Source: Heterodontus francisci (lineage: Eukaryota). Taken from it: a stretch of 64,000 nt of DNA. The position numbers and the translations under genes are program-made. The DNA is taken from positions 558,001 through 622,000 of the forward strand of contig NW_027142279.1 in assembly GCF_036365525.1 (NCBI RefSeq), in the 5' to 3' direction. The notes beneath the pieces are model-generated. The model saw only the letters and a program-made list of their open reading frames with translations, searched no databases and had not been told where the DNA came from. This document shows positions 50,876 to 62,344 of this stretch, piece after piece. Position 1 is the first letter of the stretch. Every line of letters starts with the position of its first letter.

Positions 50876-51327
50876 ATCTCTCCAGGCACAGAAATACACG
50901 ACCGAGTGATTCTCCCACAGGCTGGAGGACTCCTGGTTGAACTCGGAATTCCTCGGTCTCCCGGCGGTGAAACCGTCCACCGTCCCCTCTGGATCCACAT
51001 AGTTAGCAGTATTGGAATAAAACATCAACAGCGGCTCCTTCCCCAGGTATTGTCTGTACCAGCACATTCTATCAGTACTGGTGCCCTGCACGGTGCACCT
51101 CAGTTCCACTGCTTCTCCACGCAATCTGGAGACAGCGGCACGAATCTGGTGGATTGTCTGTGAGTTCACATCTGGGAGAGAGATGGAGAGAGGAGGAGAT
51201 CATTAAATAGGGAACTTCTTGGAATGAAAGGGAGACAGAGAGAGGAAAGGAAAGTTATTAACGATATCTTTGTATTTCACACTCACTTACAATGAAACAG
51301 GATTATCAGACCCAGTAACTGATACAT
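50876..51327 (-). CDS. TRBV: TCR beta-type V segment V14 (family A); open frame, poor RSS nonamer
   Basis: Leader 51327-51291 MYQLLGLIILFH, V exon 51171-50876 VNSQTIHQ..CWYRQ..YFCAWRD. Confidence 0.85.
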
Positions 51328-53489
51328 CTTTCACTACAACTTGTTCTCTTACTAAACACAGGAGTGAGAGCAGGAGGTTAAAGTCTTGTGAGGGTCCAAA
51401 TTCACTCTTTGCAAATCATTGGGAGGAACATGAAGAGCATTAGGAAGTGATAGAATGTTGGAGACGCCCATTCCCCAGGTCAACAAATCACAATCAAATT
51501 TGTTGCCAATGTCTTTCTCTCTCTCTCTCTTTGTCTCTCAGTCTACCTTCACTCTCTTTCTCTATCACTCCATCTCTCTCTCTCGAGCACTGTCTCCCTA
51601 TCTATCTCAGTCTCTTTGTCTCAGTCTCTCCTCAGTGTCCCACTCTCTCTCTCTCTCTCTCTGTAATTATGTGTCTCTTGCTGTCTCGCTGTCTTTGCCT
51701 CTATCTCTGTCTACCTTTCTGTCTCAGTCTCTTTAACTCTGTCTGTCATTTTTCCTCTCTCTTTCCACTCTCTCACTACATCTCTCTCTCTGTCACACAC
51801 ACACACTCTCTTTCTCACTCTAATTAAGTGGGTGTCCTTGTCCTGTTGATGTGTATCAAGCTGGATCGGCGTGGTCTCCTGCTCTTTCAGTTTTCTCACT
51901 AAATCCTTCTCAAAGCCATTGTCTGTTACATGGTCCTACAGCCCTCCGGTCCCACTTCCTCTGCTGTCCCTGTGGAGAAGGTAAACACAGGTTCAGTGCA
52001 TAAAAACCCAGCTTATTGTCATTGCTTCCTGATAGTGAATAGTTGCAGTGAATCTCAGTTCTGGTGACATCGTGATTAATCGTCCTTTGCCCCTTTCTCC
52101 AGTGCCTATATCTCTAATCTCTCACTGTCACTGTAACCTGTCTTTTCTTAGGAATGTCGTCCTGCAGTTCCCTCCTACATCCTTTCCCCCCTCACTATAT
52201 GTAAAAACAAGACCCCACCCTCCACCCCCCCACACCCCCGCCTCCCCACATTCGAAAACGGACAGCTCGTTTCAGCTTTACCTCGATGGGAGGGTGCAGG
52301 GAACATTTGTATGGAGGAAAGGAGAAATGTGTGGGTGTGTTGGATCCAGAGGGGCTGAATGGCCTCCTCCTGTTTATTGTGTTCCTGATAAACATTTTCC
52401 TCATCCCAGGGAAAGAAGACACTCTGATAGTGGTTAAAACCTGTATCTTTTTACTGATATTCTCTTCTGATAATTACAACCTTTCAGTTCCAGTATCATC
52501 CTTGTTAATCATTAATAGAAAGATAGAAAGCTTTCCAATACAGAAGGAGGGCATTCCTTGCATCTTCGCCAGTGTCTCTACATTTTGTTTCTGAGTTTTA
52601 TTCTAAGCGTCTCTTATTGTCCCAAAAAACGGTCACCCTGCAGCTCCCAGTCCACTGCTGGCTCGGGTGTAGATTTCTCAACCTCAGACTCAAATCCCTC
52701 ATTGGCTTCGGCCTTCACTGGCTCTGAACCACCTCCAGCCCAACACCCCTCTGAGATATTGTCTGCATGTTTGTTGGTGTGTCTCTGTGTGTGTGTATAT
52801 CTGCATGTTTGTGTCTGTTTTTGTGTATCTGTACTGAGGGAGCGCTTCACTTTAATATGTTGGCACTTTTCCAACGACTTTCCAAAGTTTATTTGCACCA
52901 CATGTAAACGCCTCTCATTGAACCAATCAGACACCAGGTAAATAAAACCTCAGTGCTGTCAGCAAAATACAATTGACCCTTTTACCCCTTCTTGTTTGCT
53001 GTCACCAATTAACTCAGGCCTTGTTAACTGTTCAGGGGCCATACATAGAGACACATCACTCTCGGAGAGACAATACTGAATGAACACTGTGTTGTGAGGG
53101 GCACTCTAAGGGGGCCTGGAGAATAAAGGCCCCCTCGACAAATAATATATAAAAGGGGCCTGGGGTATAAAGGCTTCCTTTAAAAACAAACGGAGTTAGA
53201 TACAGAATAAAGCTCCCTCTCCGCTGTTCCCATAAAAAAAGAAGAGAAAGCGGGGTTGGTTGTTGCTTGATTGGAGGTGCTGCCTGCTGGTTGCAGCAAC
53301 GAACCCCAGCTAAAGAAAAAATAAAGGGGCGCTATATTAAACTGGAGCGGGGCCCTACTGGGAGATTACAGCACCATCGGAGGTGCAGTAAGGAGAGGGT
53401 GATGTACTCTCGGGAAGCAGTGCTGAGGGAGAGCTTCACTATCGGAGCATCATTCTTCCCACACTGCAGTTGTACAGGTTCCGGGAGTA

Positions 53490-54020
53490 CTGTGTACAGT
53501 TTTGGTCTCCTTATTTGAGGAATGCTATACATACATTTGAGTGAGTTCAATGAAGGTTCACTCGGATGATTCCTGGGATTTCGGGATTATTTTATGAGCA
53601 GTGGTTGAGAGGTCTGGGTTTATGTTCCCCATAGTTTAAAACAATGCGAGGATATCTCTTTGAAACATAGACAATTGTTAGGGTGTGGTGGATGCTAAGA
53701 GTACCTTTCCCCTGGGATAGAGAGTCACAATTTCAGGATAAGGGGTTGGCCATTTGGGAATGAGATGAGTAGAAATGTCTTCACTCAGTGGGTTGTGAAT
53801 CTTTGGAATTCTCTACCAATGAGAACTGTGGATGCTCACTCGTTGAGGAAAGTGAAGACCGAGATTGATAGATTTTTGGATTCAGAGAGAATCCAGGGAT
53901 ATGAGGATTGGGTAAGAAGGTAGAGTCGAGGTTGAGGAGTAGCTGTGATCCTATTGAATGGTGAAGCAGGCTCGAGGGGCTGAATGGCCTGCTCCTGCAG
54001 CTATTTAATGGATTCTGTGT
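53490..54020 (+). mobile_element. Degenerate CR1 3' fragment
   Basis: GAGTACTGTGTACAGTTTTGGTCTCC (EYCVQFWSP), FTQWVVNLWNSL and CR1-type 3' UTR. Confidence 0.8.
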
Positions 54021-54784
54021 TCCCCTGCCCATCCTGTTCTCCCTTTCTCTACTACCCTCCGCCTTTCCATTCCCCCTCCTTCTCACACTCCTCCCTCTGC
54101 TCTGTGTATGGACAGTGAGGGGGTTCAGTGACAGAGCCATTCCTGACATCATTGCTGAATGGCCGTGCTCAAATGTTGAGCTTAACCTTATATGATCTGT
54201 AAACGGCACGAGAGCCAATAGTTTCTCCATATCTGCTGAAATAAATTAGATGACACTTTATTGTTTTATACTGAAGGGAATGCCAGTCTAGTTTCTCCAA
54301 AATGTCCTGATCATTGAACTACTTCTGCTCAGGTATCATTGTAGTGAACCTAAACAGCAACCCCTCCAAGGACGATGCTTTCTGAGCTTTGGTGTGCAGA
54401 ACTGAATGTGTTAACTCCACATGGGGTTTAGTCAGAGTTTCCCAGAATTGTGGTAGATCCTTGACCCCTTTTCATCACAGCCCACTTGTGACTTAGAAAG
54501 CGTCTGGTGGATCTGCTCAGGTTTATTTTGGCAGCGGTTAATTCAACAGGAGTTGAACTTAAATCACAGTGTGTTTGTCATCCTGTCAGACGTACATTGT
54601 GAACATTGGACTGCCAACTGTTGGTGTTCGAAGCAGCAGAGACTGATCGAAGGTAAAGTATAAATTATAATCACAGAGAAAATGGGTGAAATATTTCATG
54701 GTGCCAGCTGATCGTAGATGACATTGTATAAGGACATGTAGAGAATAGTAAAATGTATTCTTGGGATGCGGGTAACCCTGGCAT

Positions 54785-55465
54785 GGAGCAGCACTCTCTC
54801 AGTACTGACCCTCCGAAAGTGCAGCACTCCCTCAGTACTGACCCTCCAACAGTGCAGCACTCCCTCAGTACTGACCCTCCAAAAGTGAGGCACTCCCTCA
54901 GTACTGACCCTCCAACAGTGCAGCACTCCCTCAGTACTGACCCTCCAACAGTGCAGCACTCCCTCAGTACTGACCCTCCAATAGTGCAGCACTCCCTCAG
55001 TACTGACCCTCCAACAGTGCAGCACTCCCCCAGTACTGACCCTCCAACAGTGCGGCTCTCCCTCAGTACTGAACCTCCAACAGCGCAGTGCTCCCTCAGT
55101 ACTGACCTTCCAATGGTGCGGCATTGCCTCAGCCCTGACCCTCCGACAGTGAGGCGCTCCCTCAGTACTGACCCTCCAAAAGTGCGGCGCTGCCTCAGTA
55201 CTGACCCTCCGACAGTGCAGCACTCCCTCAGTACTGACCCTTTGGTAGTGTGGTGCTCCCTCAGTACTGACCCTCCGACAGTGCGGCGCTGCCTCAGTAC
55301 TGACCCTCCGACAGTGCCGCACTCCCTCAGTACTGACCCTCTGACAGTGCAGCATTCCATCAGTACTGACCCTCCGACAGTGCGGCACTCCCTCAGTACT
55401 GACCCTCCGACAGTGCGGCACTCCCTCATTACTGACCCTCCGACAGTGCGGCACTCCCTCAGTTT
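54785..55465. repeat. 33-bp minisatellite, about 20 copies
   Basis: Unit CAGTACTGACCCTCCRACAGTGCAGCACTCCCT; related to the arrays in V7-V9 introns. Confidence 0.93.
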
Positions 55466-55499
55466 CGACTCTTTGACAGAGAATCGCTGCCTCTGTACT

Positions 55500-56180
55500 A
55501 ACTGTGCAGCAATCTCCTCCAGCCCCTTCAATCCTCCCATTCTCTGTAACTTCCTCCAGCCCCTGCAACCCTTCCTGCCTCTGTAATCTCCTCTAGCGCC
55601 GACAAGCTTTCCTGTCTCTGGAACCTCCTCCAGCCCCTACAATCCTCCCTATCTCTGTAACCTTCTCCAGTCCCTACAACCCTCCCTATCTCTGTAACCT
55701 CCTCCAGTCCCTACAACCCTCCCTATCTCTGTAACCTCCTCCAGTGCCGACAACCATCACTCTCTCTGTCATCGCCTCCAGCCCCTGCATCCCACCGTAT
55801 CTCTGTAACCTCCTCCAGTGCCTACAACCATCACTCTCTCTGTAATCGCCTCCAGCCCCTACATCCCACCCTATCTCTGTAACCTCCTCCAGTCCCTGCA
55901 ACCATCACTCTCTCTGTAATCGCCTCCAGCCCCTGCAACCCACCCTATCTCTGTAACCCCCTCCAGTGCCTACAACCATCACTCTCTCTGTAATCCCCTC
56001 CAACCGCTACATCCCACCCTATCTCTGTAACCTCCTCCAGCCCCGACAACCATCACTCTCTCTGTAACCTCCTCCAGCAACTGCAACTCTCCCTATCTCT
56101 GTATATCCTCCAGCAACTTCAACACTCCCTACCTTGGTAACCTCTTCCAGGCCCTGCAACTCTCCCTATCTCTATAAAAC
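55500..56180. repeat. About 35-bp minisatellite
   Basis: Unit TCTCTGTAACCTCCTCCAGCCCCTACAACCCTCCCTA-like. Confidence 0.85.
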
Positions 56181-56409
56181 ATTCCAGAATTGAATGGGTT
56201 CTACAGAAATAAAGAAGGTGTGAAGTAGTCATTGCCGGTCACTACAGTGTAGAAAATCCCTCTTTCCCAGCAGAGGCGGGAGGTAATAAACATTTATCTT
56301 AAAAAGGCAGCTCTGGAAAGAATCGGTCACTGTCACTTTTGTCTGTCTCTCTCTCTTCCTCTCTCTCTCTCTTTCCGTCTCTTGCTCTATCCATCTTTCT
56401 CTCTGTCCG

Positions 56410-56446
<37 letters not shown>

Positions 56447-56922
56447 CACTTGCTCTCTCTCTGTCGCTCTCTGTCGCTCTCTTTCTGTCTGTCGATGTCT
56501 TTCTCTGTCTCTGTCGCGCTTGCTATCTCTCTCTCTTTGCCTCTCTCTCCCTCTATCTTTCTATCTTTCTCTCTCTATCTTTGTCACTCTCTCTCTCTGT
56601 CTTTCTCTAAGTTTCTATCACTTGCTCTCTGTCTCTCTTGCTCTCTCTCCGTCTCTCTCTCTCTGTCTTTCTCACTTGCTCTTTATCTTTCTCTCTCTCT
56701 CTGTCTGTCTCTCTAAATTTCTATCACTTGCTCTCTATCTATCTCTCTCTCCGTCTCTCTCAGTTGCTCTCTATCTATCGCTCTCTATCTTTGTCACCCT
56801 CTCTCTCTCTCGCTCTGTCTCTCTCACACTGACTGGGTCTTCGATTAGAAATTCTGTCCCATTGATGACCTCCTCCCTTTGTTCCCTCTTTCAGGATTTG
56901 GAGTGGGCAGGAAGATCCCACG

Positions 56923-58965
56923 ATGCGGACTCTCTGCTTGTTCCTGTTGGTGCTGTTCTGGGTCCCCGAGTCAGATGCGGCTGCACTAAATGACAATGTC
57001 TTGGCTGGAATTGTCTCACAGTAAGTGTTCATCCTGCCCAGGCCTTTCACCATTCACTGACAGGGTTAGGCTGTGAGAATGGCCCAGGTCTACTCTCCTG
57101 GCATGAGTCTCCGCTCTGTCAAAGTGATGAGGGGGAACAGGGCAGAGTCCAGTTAAATTAAAATAACATGGAACTACAGAGAGGGGAAGGTGAGCGAGAA
57201 AGGACTCAGAGTGAGACATGTCACTTCATCAATAATCTGACTCACTGACCCCACTCACTGACCCCGCTCACTGACCCCACTCACTGACCCCACTCACTGA
57301 CCCCACTTACATACCGCACTCACTGACCCCACTCACTGCCCCCACTCACTGACCCCACTCACTGACCCCACCCACTGACCCCTCTCACTGACCCCTCTCA
57401 CTGACCCCTCTCACTGACCCCACTCACTGACCCCACTCACTGACCCCTCTCACTGACCCCACTCACTGACCCCACTCACTGACCCCGCTCACTGACCTCG
57501 CTCACTGACCTCGCTCCTCTCCCCCTCTCGCTCTCTCTCCCTGTTGCCCTGTGTCTATCTCTTTCTCTCTCTATGTCTTCCATTCTATTTATCTCTTGGT
57601 TTGTGTTGCTGTTAATCTCTCACTGTATTTCTCCTGTCACTTGTCCCTCTCCATGCTCGACGGCCTGTCTATCTCTCTCATCTCTGTCTCTATTACTTTA
57701 TCCTTTTTCAGTTTATCACTGCCTCTGTTCCCTCTCTCTGTCTCTATCTGTATCTGTCTCCATCTTGTTCTTCCTTTTTCTGTCTCTATCTGTTTCTATG
57801 TACTTGTCTCCAGAACTCTTCCTTTCCCTCGCTTTGTTTCTTCTCTCCATCTCTGTCTCTCCTGCTGTCTTCTACCCTCCCTCTATCACATTCTCTGTCT
57901 CCCTCCCTCCATCCATCTCTCCACCTCTTTGTTTCTCCCTTGCTCTTGTTCCCATCCCTCTTTCCATCTCTGTTTCATTGGAATGAGTTCATTCGGTCCC
58001 GTCCTTTCCAATGTCGTAAATTAATGACCAAATTTATTGAAATGCCACAGCATACAAGACTACGGGCCAAGTGCTGGGAAATAGGATTAGAATAGTTAGG
58101 TGCTTGATGGCTGGCACAGACACGATGGGCCGAAGGGCCTGTTTCTGTGCTGTGTAACTCTTTGACTCTCTGACTCAAACTCCCAGTTTCCCTCCTTCCA
58201 TCATGAGGTATGGTATTAAATAGGCAGGTGACCATAATCCACATCATACTGACCTGGCACAAGGAGAATTTCATTCACAATTCCTACCTTGACTCTCACT
58301 TTGTGTTTGTCCCTTTCAGATTCCGACAAGTGTCTGGCCACCAGCCCAGCAGTACGACTGGGGGAGGACAGTTCGCCTTCCTGATGGTGTTAACTCCTCA
58401 ACAATGCACCGGTGCCAATATCAATCAGAATGTACAATTCAGACCCTCTGCTTCAGGAAGACCGGTTATTCGTGGCGGTGTGAATTACTTCCTGAACAGT
58501 CGATCAGTAAACTACATCGCAGTTTACCCCAACACAGGAAGTCGCTGCTCAGAGAATAAACTGTTACACTTCACTCAGGAGGATCAACGCAATGGGCAGA
58601 CTGACAGTGCAGCTCGGCTGCTTCAGAATAGCATCAATAACCAGGGGCTGCAGGTTGGCTGTGTCATTCTCTACACCACCTACACCCCCTGCATCCAGAG
58701 CTGCTTCAGTGGCAATGAGAATTGTGACATCCTCGCCGCGTTAGGCCAGGCACCCTTTAGCCACCCATGGGCTGGCCCGCAGGTTCAGAAGTATTTTGTC
58801 TTCAGTACATTGTACCGATACGACAATAATAGAAATAAGATCCCCACAGTTCGAAACAAGCTGGGACAAGTTACCCAGGCAGGCTTTCACATCAGAAAGT
58901 GTGATGGGACCAACAGCCAAATACAGTGTCAGGACTGCACCCACCCTGGGGGCTACTGTATCTAG
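56923..58965 (+). CDS. Secreted AID/APOBEC-like deaminase (SNAD family, SNAD1-like), 247 aa; coding exons 56923-57020 and 58320-58965
   Basis: Exon 1 MRTLCLFLLVLFWVPESDAAALNDNVLAGIVS (signal peptide) ends CA|GTAAGT, phase 2; acceptor CCCTTTCAG|A at 58319/58320 restores the frame (Q-FRQV). Exon 2 has QFAFLMVLTPQQC, YIAVYP..CSE..LL, CVILYTTYTPCIQSC, YFVFSTLY and C-terminal RKC..CQDC..C. An upstream acceptor at 56894/56895 implies a non-coding first exon. Confidence 0.85.
57238..57515. repeat. 13-bp minisatellite in the deaminase intron
   Basis: Unit TCACTGACCCCAC, about 21 copies. Confidence 0.9.
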
Positions 58966-59075
58966 TAAACAGTCTCACTACAGGAGGCAATAGCAGATCA
59001 GAGAGTCCCAGGAAAACAGTGCAAATCATTCTATTACTCTAGAAATCTATCTACTTCCATTTTATTCTGTTAATA

Positions 59076-62000
59076 TAGAACATACGTAGAAAATACAGCA
59101 CAGAACAGGCCCTTCGGCCCACGATGTTGTGCCGATCCTTTGTCCTCTGTCAAGGACAATTTAATCTATACCCCATCATTCTCCTTTATCCATATACCTA
59201 TCTAAAAGCCGTTTGAAAGTCCCTAAAGTTTCTGACTCAACAACTTCCCCAGGCAAGGCATTCCATGCCCCGACCACTCTCTGGGTAAAGAACCTTCCCC
59301 TGACATCCCCCTTATATCTCCCACCCTTCACCTTAAATTTATGACCCCTTGTAACGCTTTGCTCCACCCGGGGAAAAAGTTTCTGACTGTCTACCCTATC
59401 TATTCCCCTGATCATCTTATAAACCTCTATCATGTCACCCCTCATCCTTCTCCGTTCTAATGAGAAGAGGCCTAGAATGTTCAGCCTTTCCTCGTAAGAC
59501 TTATTCTCCATTCCAGGCAACATCCTGGTAAATCTCCTCTGCACCCTCTCCAAGGCTTCCACATCCTTCCTAAAATGAGGCGACCAGAACTGCACACAGT
59601 ACTCCAAATGAGGCCTTACCAAGGTCCTGTACAGCTGCATCATCACCTCACGGCTCTTAAATTCAATCCCTCTGCTAATGAACGCTAACACCCCATATGC
59701 CTTCTTCACAGCCCTATCCACTTGAGTTGCAACTTTCAACGATCTATGCACATAGACCCCAAGGTCTCTCTGCTCCTCCACATGCCCAAGAACCCTACCG
59801 TTAACCCAGTATTTTGCATTCGTGTTTGTCCTTCCAAAATGGACGACCTCACACTTTTCAGGGTTAAACTCCATCTGCCACTTTTCAGCCCAGCACTGCA
59901 ACCTATCCAAGTCCCTTTGCAGACGACAATAGCCCTCCTCGGTATCCACAACTCCACCAACCTTTGTATCATCTGCAAATTTACTGACCCACCCTTCGAC
60001 TTCCTCATCCAAGTCGTTAATAAAAATCACAAACAGGAGAGGACCCAGAACTGATCCCTGTGGCACGCCACTGGTAACTGGGCTCCAGGCTGAGTATTTA
60101 CCATCTAAGACCACTCTCTGCCTTCTATCAGTTAGCCAATTCTTAATCTAACTGGCCACATTCCCCACTATCCCATGCCTCCTGACTTTCTCCATAAGTC
60201 TACCATGGGGGACCTTATCAAATGCCTTACTAAAATCCATGTACACCACATCCACTGGTTTACCCTCATCCACTTGCTTGGTCACCTGCTCAAAGAATTC
60301 AATCAGGCTTGTGAGGCAAGACCTACCCCTCACAAAACCGTGCTGACTGTCCCGAATCAAGCAGTGTCTTTCCAGATGCTCAGAAATCCTATCCCTCAGC
60401 ACCTTTTCCATCAACTTGCCTACCACCGAAGTAAGACTAACTGGCCTGTAATTCCCAGGGTTGTTCCTATTCCCTTTCTTGAACAGGGGCACAACATTTG
60501 CCACCCTCCAATCACCTGGTACCACCCCCGTCAACAGAGAAGATGAAAAGATCATTGCCAGCGGCTCTGCAATTTCATCCCTTGCTTCCCATAACATCCT
60601 TGGATATACCCCGTCAGGCCCGGGAGACTTGTCTATCTTCAAGTTATTCAAAAACCCCAACACATCTTCCCTCCTAACGAGCACTTCCTCGAGCTTACCA
60701 GTCTGTTTCACACCGTCCTCTTCAGTAATACACCCCTTCTCATTCGTAAATACCGAAGAGAAGTACTCATTCAAAACCTCACTTATCTCTTCCGGCTCAA
60801 CACACAGTCTCCCGCTATTGTCCTTGACCGGACCTACGGTCCCCCTAGTCATCCTCATATTTCTGACATACGCGTAAAAGGCCTTGGGGTTTTCTTTTAT
60901 CCTACCCGCCAAGCATTTTTCATGCCCTCTCTTAGCTCTCCTAATCCCTTTCTTCAGATCCTTCCTGGCCATCTTGTATCCCTCCAGAGCTATGCCTGTG
61001 CCCTTTTTCCTCAACCTTATATACGCATCCTTCTTCTTCCTAACAAGACTCTCAACCTCTCTTGTCAACCACGGTTCCCTCACATGACCATCCCTTCCCT
61101 GTCTGACAGGGACATGCTTATCAATGGCCCCTACTATCTGCTCCTTGAAAAAGTTCCACATTTCGACCGTGCCCTTCCCTGCCAGCATATGCTCCCAACT
61201 TATGCTCCTCAGTTCCTGCCTGACAGCATCATATCTACCCTTCCCCCAATTGTAAACCTTGCCCTGTTGCACATACCTATCCCTCTCCATTACCACAGTG
61301 AATGCTACAGAATTGTGATCACTATCTCCAAAGTGCTCGCCCACCAACAGCTCTATCACTTGCCCTGGTTCATTACCTAGTACCAAATCCAATATTGCCT
61401 CCCCTCTGGTCGGGCAGTCTACATACTGAGTCAGAAAAGCTTCCTGGACATACTGCACAAACACTACCCCATCCAAACTATTCGATCTGAAGAGTTGCCA
61501 ATCAATATTTGGGAAGTTGAAATCCCCCATAATTACTACCCTGTGACTTCTGCTCCTTTCCAAAATCTGTTTCCCAATCTGCTCTTCCACCTCCCTGCTG
61601 CTATTGGGGGGCCGATAGAAAACTCCCATCAAGGTGACTGCTCCTTTCCTGTTCCTGACCTCAACCCACAGTGCCTCAGTCGGCAGATCCTCCTCGAAAA
61701 TTCTTTCAGCAGTTGTTACACTATTTCTAACTAACAATGCCACCCCCCCACCTCTTTTACCACCATTCCTAATCTTATGAAAACATCTATAACCAGGTAC
61801 CTCCAAGAACCATTCCTCCCCCTCACCTATCCACGTTTCAGTGATGGCCACAACATCGTAGTCCCAAGTGCCCATCCACGCCTTCAATTCACTCACCTTA
61901 TTCCTGATGCTTCTTGCGTTGAAGTATATGCACTTTAACCCTTCTCCGTGCCCATCTGTCCTCTGCGACAGTGCTACCTTCCCCAATACCTCACTACACT

Positions 62001-62331
62001 CTTTGTCTTTCTGAGTGGACCCACTGGTCCCTGGACTACAAGTCCGGTTCCCATCCCCCTCCCAAACTAGTTTAAACCCTCCCGAACAGTACTAGCAAAC
62101 CTCCCTCCCAGGATATTGGTGCCCCTCTGGTTCAGATGCAGCCCGTCCTGTTTGAACAGGTCCCATCTTCCCCAGAATGCAGTCCAATTATCCAAGAACT
62201 GGAAGCCCTCCCTCCTACACCATTCCTGCAGCCACGTGTTCAGCTGTGCTCTCTCCCTATTCCTAGCCTCACTATCACGTGGCGCCGGCAACAAACCAGA
62301 GATAACAACTCTGTCCGTCCTAGCTTTCAGC
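59076..62331 (-). mobile_element. Young CR1 LINE: end of ORF1 (SGNH esterase-like) plus complete ORF2 with one nonsense codon
   Basis: ORF1 end 62294-62067 (LFKQDGLHLNQRG); ORF2 61986-59176 in one frame interrupted only by TAG at 60150-60148; possible TAATA target duplication at 59071-59075 and 62332-62336. Confidence 0.96.
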
Positions 62332-62344
62332 TAATAATGCAGCT

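Noticed and set aside
12207-51327. Assignment of the V segments to IgH, IgL or IgNAR
   Set aside because: Shark Ig genes are organised as V-(D)-J-C clusters with D/J close to each V; here many V genes are arrayed without D/J and show TCR beta-type motifs (WYRQ, CAW/CAA ends, 23-RSS)
52614-52934. 106-aa minus ORF with an acidic stretch (EPVKAEANEGFESEVEK)
   Set aside because: No recognisable domain, spans a microsatellite, and has no convincing splice context
58210-58319. N-terminal MVLNRQ.. extension of the 251-aa ORF
   Set aside because: Lies upstream of a strong polypyrimidine/CAG acceptor at 58319; the true N-terminus is the signal exon at 56923-57020
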